A program made the translations under genes and the position numbers. The notes under the pieces are model-generated. The model had not been told where the DNA came from. It was given only the letters and a program-made list of their open reading frames with translations, and searched no databases. A DNA stretch of 60,083 nt, counting the filler, from Nitrospinae bacterium RIFCSPLOWO2_12_FULL_45_22 (GTDB lineage: Bacteria > 2-12-FULL-45-22): NCBI GenBank assembly GCA_001803565.1. It is 2 parts of 2 records of this genome, joined end to end, with 100 filler letters (N's around TTAATTAATTAA, not from the genome) between each part and the next. Parts side by side here need not be neighbours in the genome. Positions count along the whole stretch, not along the records: positions 1 to 28,334 come from MHDQ01000127.1; 1 more part is not named here. One strand, given 5' to 3'. Numbering within the stretch: position 1 is the stretch's first letter; the number at the start of each line of letters is the position of its first letter. Shown piece by piece: positions 9,691 to 16,767 of this stretch.

Positions 9691-10373
9691 TCCCCTTCTC
9701 CTAAATAGATAACCTTGGGATGAGTGCCTAGCTCTTCCAAGAGCCGGAAGGCCCGGCGGCTCCGGGCTAGCTTTGACACCATACTTTCTGGATCATCCAG
9801 GTCGCCAAAATAACGGGCCTTGGCTGGACAAGTCTGTACACAAGCAGTAACATATTCCCCCTCCCGGATAGGCCGGTCTTCTGACCGGGCCTTCTCCCGG
9901 GCCTTCTGCCAGCGATGGACACAAAAGGTACATTTTTCTACCACACCTAAGGGTCTGAGCGATACATCAGGGTTAAAAGCACTCTGCATTATTTCTGGCC
10001 AATGGCCCTTGCTCCAATTATAGAATCTCCTGCTATAGGGACAGGCACACATACAAAGCCGGCAGCCAATACAGCGGGCAAAGATCTGAAAAACTATCCC
10101 CTCTTCACTCTTATAGGTGGCCCTTACCGGGCAGACTTTTATACAGGAAGGCCGATCACAATGCATACAGGGAAGTGGGGTAAAACGTATGCGAGAATAT
10201 CCCTGCTCCCCTTCTTCCTTGAAGGGTAGTACCTGATTCCAGAAGATGGCTCTACCTTTAGAGGCATGATCGGGACCAGCAAAGGGGATATTATTCTCAT
10301 TCCGGCAAGCAATCGTACAGGCCTGACAAGCCGTACATCTATCCAGGTCTATCACCATACCCCACCTTGGCAT
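9672..10373 (-). CDS. 4Fe-4S electron-transfer subunit (QrcC/DsrO/PsrB-like)
   Basis: MPRWGMVIDLDRCTACQACTIAC, CMHCDRPSCIKVCP, CIGCRLCMCACP, VVEKCTFC...CVQTCP. Confidence 0.93.
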   Translation of the reverse strand: MPRWGMVIDLDRCTACQACTIACRNENNIPFAGPDHASKGRAIFWNQVLPFKEEGEQGYSRIRFTPLPCMHCDRPSCIKVCPVRATYKSEEGIVFQIFARCIGCRLCMCACPYSRRFYNWSKGHWPEIMQSAFNPDVSLRPLGVVEKCTFCVHRWQKAREKARSEDRPIREGEYVTACVQTCPAKARYFGDLDDPESMVSKLARSRRAFRLLEELGTHPKVIYLGEGEWREDI

Positions 10374-10391
10374 TCTACCACCTCCCTCCTT

Positions 10392-12842
10392 TTAAACTTT
10401 TACTAAACGTACCCGGGTAGAGCCCCAGGAAACATTACCCGTAAGATAATTAAATTCCGTCCCTATAATTTTATTCAGGTTTTCTCCCCTATTTCTTGCC
10501 CAGCGGCCATAAGAGCTATGGCCATATTCGAAGGGGACATTTAGGACATGCCGCTGAGCCCCTTCAAAGATCAGGGCTTTAAATTGGACCCGGCCAATAG
10601 GCGACTCTACCCATACCCGCTCTTCATCCTCTATTCCCAGAATGTGAGCATCTTCAGGGTGGATCTCCAGCCAGGGTTCCCAGCTCTTGCTATGCTGGAG
10701 GCCAAAGATTTCTTGCAGGTGGGGCTGATTGCCTCCTCTACCTTCGGCATGGGGCATAACCTTATAGGTATTGATCAAAAAAGGATATTCTTTTTCATCC
10801 CCTATGAACCGCAGGGGCTCATAATGGGGCATAAAAACCTCATCTCCCTGGCCGGATAACTGCAACTTTTCTATTAATTGCTCAAAGGCCTTTTCATGGG
10901 TTAATCCTTCTCTATCTGCGATCCTTTGTACTAGTTCATCTATCTTTAATTTCATGAGCAAAGAATAAAATTCAAACTTCCTTGAGGGGGTCCTTATAAC
11001 TTCCTGCCATTGAGCAAACGAATATGGTGGTGCCCACCAACCCCCATTATCTAAGAGGGCAGCCCAGAACTTTTGGGGTTCTTTTTCTTGGATAGAACCC
11101 CTTCCAGCGGTCCTTATTCCTTCTAAGGCATCTCTAACCATATCCAGATAATTATCTAAAAAGGCCGCCCCCACCGTTCCTCCAATGGCCTTAGCAATAG
11201 CGATCATTACATCCCCTGTATGCCTGGTATTATATAAAGGCTTAACCACAGGCTGCCTGATACCTAATAGAGGGTAGCCTGTACTCGAAGGGATCTCATC
11301 ATCTTCCCACCGCTCTAGATAAGTATGGTCCGGTAGGATTAGATCAGCCATATGGGTAGATTCATCCAAAAAGGGAGAAAAACTTACTATAAAAGGAATC
11401 TTAGTAAACGCCTCATAATATCTACTTATTTGTGGGCTAGAGAAGAGGGGATTAGTATAATATAAAAAAAGAGTATCTAATTTGTAGGGGTACCCTGCCA
11501 GGATATTATTGGGCAAGGTGGCATAGGCACTGGATGCAAAAGGAAATGTTTCTGAGCCGGCTAAGTCTATTCGAGGTTGTTTCAATCCCTTTATCGCTCC
11601 TGCATCCAAAGTCGGCTCCCACCACTCTTTGAAGGGTGGTCTTCTTTGAATCATTACCCCGCCCGGTATATCTAGAGAACCTATGAGGGCATTAAGAGAA
11701 TGGACAGCCATACAGGTATATAGCCCGTTGGATTGGCCACTAATCCCCCGGCCATATATAGCAATACCAGGTCTATGGCTGGCAAATTCCTGAGCAGTCC
11801 GTTCAATTACCTTCGTGGGGACACCGGTAATAAGGGAGACCTTTTCGGGGGGGTATTGTTCTATTACCAAATGTTTGAAGCCTACATGCTCCTTGCCAGA
11901 ATCATCCCGCCAGTCATCGAAGCCAAAGGTATAGTTTTTTACAAAAGTATGATCATAGAGATTGTCTCGGATAATGACATGGGCCAATCCTAAAGCCAGA
12001 GCCCCATCGGTACCTGGTTTTACTCCTATCCATTTATCGGCTTTGGATGCCGATATGGAATAACGGATATCTATTTGGACTAATTTAGCGCGGATTCCTG
12101 GCCGACCTCGATGCATTTGACCATACATGCGTAACCGGTAGGCAGCGGGCACTCCTGCCTCGAGTAAACTGGTGCCAAAACAGAGTATATAATTGGTATT
12201 TTCCCAATCATAGGCAAAATAGTCCTTAGCGCCTTGCATAAAATAGTGAGCTGACATGGCCCCTTCCATCCCCAGATCATGACTAATATTGTTAGGAGAC
12301 CCATAGACCTTAAGGAAGCGGTCCATGAGCGGACCCATATGGCCCCGGTAGTGACCCCCAATGACTGCTACTCTATGGCTTTCCCCCTTACTTCGGAGTT
12401 TAGCAAGTCGAGTCCCCAATTCTTTAATGGCCTGTTCCCAGGAAATGCTTTGCCATTTCCCTTCCCCTCGCTCACCAACCCGCTTCATTGGACCCCTGAT
12501 CCTGTCAGGGTCATAGAGCACCTGGAGCCCATTTTGGCCTTTGGGACAGAGCCCCCCCAGATTGGTGGGATATATAGGATTCCCTTCAATCTTTACTGCC
12601 CGGCCTTCAACTACCCTCACCTGAATGCCACACCCACCCGGGCATTGTAGACAGATACTTTTATAGTAACGCTCCTCCCCTAGCGACCATTCATCTGCCC
12701 CGGGCACTGGTGGTTTATCAATTTCATATTCTTCCGGCCATCCTTCCTCCAGGAGTTCTTCTATTCGACAGCTAGTCATGCTTCCAGCTAATAGGGCAGC
12801 ACTAGCCGATTTTAGGAAGGTTCGACGGGTAACTTTTGACAT
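10392..12842 (-). CDS. DMSO-reductase-family molybdopterin oxidoreductase subunit (ArrA/PsrA/QrcB-like), Tat-exported lipoprotein
   Basis: TRRTFLK twin-Arg motif and lipobox-like MTSC; FS0 motif CLQCPGGC...LCPKG; YDPDRI, GSPNNISH, PGTDGALALG, ADLILPDHTYLER; C-terminal molydop-binding domain. Confidence 0.92.
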   Translation of the reverse strand: MSKVTRRTFLKSASAALLAGSMTSCRIEELLEEGWPEEYEIDKPPVPGADEWSLGEERYYKSICLQCPGGCGIQVRVVEGRAVKIEGNPIYPTNLGGLCPKGQNGLQVLYDPDRIRGPMKRVGERGEGKWQSISWEQAIKELGTRLAKLRSKGESHRVAVIGGHYRGHMGPLMDRFLKVYGSPNNISHDLGMEGAMSAHYFMQGAKDYFAYDWENTNYILCFGTSLLEAGVPAAYRLRMYGQMHRGRPGIRAKLVQIDIRYSISASKADKWIGVKPGTDGALALGLAHVIIRDNLYDHTFVKNYTFGFDDWRDDSGKEHVGFKHLVIEQYPPEKVSLITGVPTKVIERTAQEFASHRPGIAIYGRGISGQSNGLYTCMAVHSLNALIGSLDIPGGVMIQRRPPFKEWWEPTLDAGAIKGLKQPRIDLAGSETFPFASSAYATLPNNILAGYPYKLDTLFLYYTNPLFSSPQISRYYEAFTKIPFIVSFSPFLDESTHMADLILPDHTYLERWEDDEIPSSTGYPLLGIRQPVVKPLYNTRHTGDVMIAIAKAIGGTVGAAFLDNYLDMVRDALEGIRTAGRGSIQEKEPQKFWAALLDNGGWWAPPYSFAQWQEVIRTPSRKFEFYSLLMKLKIDELVQRIADREGLTHEKAFEQLIEKLQLSGQGDEVFMPHYEPLRFIGDEKEYPFLINTYKVMPHAEGRGGNQPHLQEIFGLQHSKSWEPWLEIHPEDAHILGIEDEERVWVESPIGRVQFKALIFEGAQRHVLNVPFEYGHSSYGRWARNRGENLNKIIGTEFNYLTGNVSWGSTRVRLVKV

Positions 12843-12863
12843 GGTCTCCTCCTACAAGAACTT

Positions 12864-12941
12864 AGATTGCTTCGTCGCTAACGCCCCTCGCAATGACATT
12901 GAGGTCTGATTTTGTCATTGCAAGTGAAGCGCGGTTATCTC
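12864..12941. repeat. GTCATTGCGAG/AGATTGCTTCG-type palindromic repeat pair
   Basis: agattgcttcgtcgctaacgcccctcgcaatgaca (12864-12898) facing a degenerate inverted copy tgtcattgcaagtgaagcgcggttatctc (12913-12941). Confidence 0.65.
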
Positions 12942-12973
12942 AAAAAGAGAATTCCTGTTTGAGCCAACTATCA

Positions 12974-13501
12974 CTACCTGTGGCATGCAGAACAATCATT
13001 AGATACCTTCCTCTGCTCGTGGCAGTCCATACAGGTGTCCATATTCAAAGTAGCCATGATGGGCTTGTCCAAAGGTAGTTCCTTTTCTCCGATATCCCCA
13101 TGGCAGGTTTTACAAGCTATCTTGCCTATTGCCGCATGCCGTTTATGGGAGAAATAGACATGACGAGGCAACTTGTATAGCCTTATCCAGGGTATTTGGC
13201 CTCCATTGGATGAATATTTCTCCAGAATATCAAAGGGTGGCGCGGTATTCCCCTCGTGACACTCCAGGCAAATTTCTAATCTGGGTATACCGGGATCAGT
13301 CCTAGTAAAGACAAACAGATGGCAATTCTCACATTCTAATCCGCTTTCGTTATGGATCTTATGGTTGAAGGGAAAAGGTTGTTTTAAAGAGTTAGAATTA
13401 AACGGATTGATTTTTTGGACATTGGCTTGGGCCAAAATAGATAAAAATACTATTCCCCCAATAACAGTGAAAAAAAGCCCCAAGAATAAAATCTTCTTCA
13501 T
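12974..13501 (-). CDS. Membrane-anchored pentaheme cytochrome c3-family protein (QrcA/ActA-like)
   Basis: N-terminal TM; QPFPFNHKIH; CENCH, CLECH, CKTCH, CMDCH, CSACH; IPWIRLYKLP.HVYFSHKRH. Confidence 0.92.
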   Translation of the reverse strand: MKKILFLGLFFTVIGGIVFLSILAQANVQKINPFNSNSLKQPFPFNHKIHNESGLECENCHLFVFTRTDPGIPRLEICLECHEGNTAPPFDILEKYSSNGGQIPWIRLYKLPRHVYFSHKRHAAIGKIACKTCHGDIGEKELPLDKPIMATLNMDTCMDCHEQRKVSNDCSACHR

Positions 13502-13514
13502 AACCCCTCCTTTC

Positions 13515-13877
13515 TTAAGTACATGAGATCTTTTGGTTTAGCCGGTCCAGATTTAAGGGTTCCTCAAAACAATCGAAAAAATCGATCTTATTGTCCTCTA
13601 TTCCATCATCATTGAACTCCTTTCCTAGTAGTAGAATGATATGGATATTAGGATTAATCTTCTTTATTATGGGAGCTATATCATAACCGGTTAAGCCCGG
13701 TAGCTGTCCCTTTAGAATGGCGGCATCGATCCTTTCCCTAATACTAAGAGAGAGGGCTTCTTTGCTGCTCTCTGCCTGGATCACTTCGTGACCTTTGGCA
13801 GAAAAAAAATGGGCAATTTGTTCTCTCTCTTCCTTATTGTCATCTGCTATAAGGAGCCTTTTTCTTTTATCTATCAT
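13515..13877 (-). CDS. Stand-alone atypical receiver-domain protein
   Basis: CheY-like LLIADD...; phospho-acceptor position reads AAILKGQLPG instead of xxxLDxxLP. Start at MIDK after GAGG; the ORF track extends to 13925. Confidence 0.75.
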   Translation of the reverse strand: MIDKRKRLLIADDNKEEREQIAHFFSAKGHEVIQAESSKEALSLSIRERIDAAILKGQLPGLTGYDIAPIIKKINPNIHIILLLGKEFNDDGIEDNKIDFFDCFEEPLNLDRLNQKISCT

Positions 13878-14099
13878 AGCCAAACCTCTGGGCTCCAAGG
13901 ATTTATTTGATGGGCAAACCTTCATACCCTAACGGACACCACGAGGCATAAATAACTTGAACTGTAGCGTGAAAGTCTGCTTTCATAAATGCCAGCAAGC
14001 TGGTGCGCTACCTTATTTGTTAATGGAACCAAAATGCTATTTTCAGGACAAACAAATAAAGGTTTATGAAGGATTCTAAAACCAACTGAATAGAGACTG

Positions 14100-14115
14100 A
14101 GCAAATAGCGTGCCT
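14100..14115 (-). promoter_or_regulatory. Sigma54 (-24/-12) promoter of the respiratory operon
   Basis: Minus strand AGGCACGCTATTTGCT fits TGGCACG-N4-TTGCW with exact GG-N10-GC spacing; adjacent to an NtrC-family gene. Confidence 0.8.
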
Positions 14116-14130
14116 TTACCGATTTCAAGC

Positions 14131-14171
14131 AAAAAAAAAGCCACCTAATTCTTACTTAGGTGGCTTTTTTT
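14131..14171. terminator. Rho-independent (bidirectional) terminator
   Basis: A-run + gccacctaa-ttcttac-ttaggtggc + T-run, downstream of the NtrC-family gene. Confidence 0.8.
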
Positions 14172-14187
14172 GTATATGGGGTTATAT

Positions 14188-14261
14188 AACACCGAGACCC
14201 AGAGCCGAGTAAGAAAAGAATTTTTAATTTATTTCTCTAAGTCTCCCGTGCCCCGGTGGTT
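14188..14261. repeat. Degenerate CACAGAG-type inverted repeat pair
   Basis: aacaccgagacccagag ... ctcccgtgccccggtggtt; resembles the middle IR at 5681-5783. Confidence 0.4.
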
Positions 14262-14282
14262 AATTTTAATCACCTCTTCAGG

Positions 14283-14380
14283 ATCGCAATTTGAAATACC
14301 CCCTATCCCTAAGTCTAGATACCATAAAGGTTTTTAAGCCGCTATCCCAAATTTCAACACATCATTGCATTTTGCAATAC
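14283..14380. promoter_or_regulatory. Candidate upstream activator sequences for the sigma54 activator
   Basis: Related 17-mers atcgcaatttgaaatac (14283), atcccaaatttcaacac (14344) and attgcattttgcaatac (14364, palindromic TTGCA-N3-TGCAA), 170-265 bp upstream of the -24 element. Confidence 0.5.
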
Positions 14381-15765
14381 TAATCCCTCTTCTCAAGCCT
14401 TCGCCAGATAGTACTGGTACTAATTCCTAGAATCTCTGAGGCCTTCCTTCTATTCCATTTAGTGGCTTGCAGGACTTCCAAAATATAGTTCCTTTCCACT
14501 CTCTCCAGGGAGGGAAAGGATTCTAGCTGAGTACTATTTTTGGCCGTTCTTTTTTGCGAAATACTATTTTCTCGTCCTCTCTCCAGCAATTGGTTAAAAC
14601 TTTCAGGTTCGATCGAATCGCCTTCTGCCAATATAACTGCCCTCTCGACAACATTTTCTAGTTCCCGGACATTGCCAGGCCAGCTATAGTTAAGTAAAAG
14701 TGTCATAGCCTCTTCACTAAAACCCTGGATCTTCTTTTTAACTTCATTATTGTATTTTTTCAAGAAATGGTTAGCCAACAAAGGGATATCCTCTTTTCTT
14801 CCTCGGAGAGGTGGGAGAAAAACAGGAACCACATTTAACCGATAATAAAGTTCTTCCCGAAACTCACCTTTCTTTATAGCCTCTTTCAAGTCTTTATTGG
14901 TAGCGGCAATAATACGAACATCCACCGAGATACTTTTTTCGCTCCCCACTGGTTTTATTTCTCTCTCCTGTAAGGCCCGTAACAACTTAACCTGGAGATC
15001 CAAACTCATATATCCTATTTCATCCAGAAAAAGGGTACTCCCATGAGCCAGCTCAAAACTGCCTTTCCGGCTCCTCATAGCCCCAGTAAAGGCCCCTTTT
15101 TCATGACCGAACAGGTCACTTTCTAATAACTCTGCTGGGATAGCCGCGCAATTAACCGTAATCATGGGTTTATGGGAACGGTGACTCCTCTTATGGACAT
15201 CTTCGGCAACTAACTCTTTCCCGGTCCCAGTTTCTCCGAGAATCATTACGGTCGAGTTGGTCTTAGCTATTTTATTGATTAATCTATCAACCTCCCTCAT
15301 CTCCTGGCTCTCTCCCAGTAAGACCCGTTCTTCCTTATTTATCCTTAATCTTTCTCTTAAATCCCTATTCTCTATCACCAATCTCTGCTTTTCTAGGGCT
15401 TTCTTTACCAGCATTCTCAATTCTTCGGGAGTAAAGGGTTTGGGAAGATAGTCGTAGGCTCCCTCCCTCATTGATCTAACAGCGGTTTCTATGGTAGCAT
15501 AGCCAGTTATCATAATAACCTCTATCTGGGGATTGATTTTCTTTATTCTTTGCAATAATTCAATTCCATCCATCCCCGGCATCTTTATATCAGCCAATAC
15601 TACCTGATAATCTTTAGCCCCTATATTTTCTAGGGCTTCTTGGGCCCGGTTAGCAGTATCAATACTGTACCCTTCTTTAGTTAGGGCTTGGGTACAGGCA
15701 TCCAGGGTATCCTCTTCGTCATCTACTATTAATATCCATATGCCAGTTTGAGACTGTCTCTCCAT
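14380..15765 (-). CDS. Sigma54-dependent NtrC/AtoC-family response regulator
   Basis: Receiver ILIVDDE...LADIKMPG; AAA+ GETGTGKE, ESDLFGHEKGAFTGA, WPGNVRELEN; Fis-type HTH. Confidence 0.95.
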   Translation of the reverse strand: MERQSQTGIWILIVDDEEDTLDACTQALTKEGYSIDTANRAQEALENIGAKDYQVVLADIKMPGMDGIELLQRIKKINPQIEVIMITGYATIETAVRSMREGAYDYLPKPFTPEELRMLVKKALEKQRLVIENRDLRERLRINKEERVLLGESQEMREVDRLINKIAKTNSTVMILGETGTGKELVAEDVHKRSHRSHKPMITVNCAAIPAELLESDLFGHEKGAFTGAMRSRKGSFELAHGSTLFLDEIGYMSLDLQVKLLRALQEREIKPVGSEKSISVDVRIIAATNKDLKEAIKKGEFREELYYRLNVVPVFLPPLRGRKEDIPLLANHFLKKYNNEVKKKIQGFSEEAMTLLLNYSWPGNVRELENVVERAVILAEGDSIEPESFNQLLERGRENSISQKRTAKNSTQLESFPSLERVERNYILEVLQATKWNRRKASEILGISTSTIWRRLEKRD

Positions 15766-15956
15766 CCTATATCCCTTCTCCAATTATCCTGAATCCAGAG
15801 CGAATGCTCTTTATGCTAAGAAAATAGTGGATCTTTTTTAGCATTTTGTAGTAGATGCTGGATGAACTCTAGGATTTGGTGAGCTTCCTCGCCGCTCAAT
15901 AATTTGATCATCTTATGTAGTGATTCTTTAACCGAACTCATAATCGATACCTCTAA

Positions 15957-16070
15957 TTATGCACCTACTTCAAAAACCTGTTCTTCGCTAACTAACTCAG
16001 CGGCATATACATATAATAAAACAGCTTGTATATCTTCAAATTCCAATTCTGGATAATCTTCAAGCAAATT
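15957..16070 (-). pseudogene. DUF433-type antitoxin C-terminal remnant
   Basis: Manual translation NLLEDYPELEFEDIQAVLLYVYAAELVSEEQVFEVGA*; no in-frame start or N-terminal part. Confidence 0.65.
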
Positions 16071-16153
16071 TTGCTTCAATAAAGAAATCCCGCCAAATGG
16101 ATCATCTGACGGGAACTTTCTATGAGTTGAGCCATCAAAAACGCTGCCCGGCT

Positions 16154-16381
16154 TCAGTCGCCCGCCGTCATCAGCACCTGCTTTGCCTCTTCCGGAAGTT
16201 CAATAGGTGCAAACATTGATGCTGGATAAAGATAGCCGTCAGGCTCTGACTTGTCCTCATCAATGACGCGAAGCATGTTGTGCGCTTCTGCCTCCGGGTC
16301 TGACAACGTACGGTAAACTTTGCCCACGATCAGGCTTGCCGGATTGCTGTCATTGTTGATACAGATCACAAAATCGCTCAT
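16154..16381 (-). CDS. Small conserved hypothetical protein (downstream member of a putative TA-like pair)
   Basis: FVICINN...PASL...K.Y...RVIDE...YLYP...IELP; ATGA overlap with the upstream fragment. Confidence 0.7.
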   Translation of the reverse strand: MSDFVICINNDSNPASLIVGKVYRTLSDPEAEAHNMLRVIDEDKSEPDGYLYPASMFAPIELPEEAKQVLMTAGD

Positions 16382-16476
16382 CGTATCTTCCTCTTAATTT
16401 TGAAATCCTTACGACCGATGCCATGCGCTTCAAACCAGTGTATCTCAGCTTGGCAAATTGTACCATACCTCACCAC
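16378..16476 (-). pseudogene. 5'-truncated partner gene fragment (AEIHWFEAHGIG)
   Basis: Manual translation VVRYGTICQAEIHWFEAHGIGRKDFKIKRKIR*; translationally coupled to 16381. Confidence 0.6.
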
Positions 16477-16495
16477 CTCCTCTCTGGCATCGGGG

Positions 16496-16721
16496 TCAAA
16501 AAATCTGGTCTAATGGACTCTTAATTGCCATTAGATCCTTACTGGTGACATGGGTATAAATCTCAGGTGATATGCCTCTCCTCCTTCTGCCCATGAAAAA
16601 GCCATCTTTTGGGATGGGACTCAAGATAATATTCCTTCAAGGCTGCTAAGGCTACTCCTGAAAGCAAGGTATATCTATCCTTTCTACCCTTTGCCCCTTT
16701 AATATGAATCAATTTTCGCAT
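16496..16721 (-). pseudogene. Tyrosine recombinase (XerD/integron-integrase-like) remnant with frameshift and internal deletion
   Basis: MRKLIHIKGAKGRKDRYTLLS...ALKE, then a frame change to YLESHPKRWLFHGQKEERHIT, then a junction to EIYTHVTSKDLMAIKSPLDQIF*. The HxLRHS box is missing. Confidence 0.75.
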
Positions 16722-16767
16722 TATATTACACGAGCTTTATGACAAAGAATAGCCACACCCTAATGAA

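Noticed and set aside
12240-12300. Selenocysteine at the Mo-ligand position
   Set aside because: Codons read CAT GAT CTG GGG ATG; there is no in-frame TGA.
10392-12842. Calling the Mo subunit arsenate reductase (arrA) or arsenite oxidase (arxA)
   Set aside because: It shares GSPNNISH but lacks the Cys ligand and both the R/KGRY and GRGWG signatures; there are no ars genes in the window.
14023-14039. Plus-strand TGGAACCAAAATGCT as a sigma54 promoter
   Set aside because: GG-GC spacing is 9 rather than 10, and there is no plus-strand gene downstream.
13922-14128. 68-aa ORF upstream of the receiver gene
   Set aside because: TTG start, no recognisable motif, and it overlaps the sigma54 promoter.
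16085-16150. attC site downstream of the 75-aa gene
   Set aside because: An RYYYAAC-like GCTCAAC is present, but there is no matching GTTRRRY or convincing stem.
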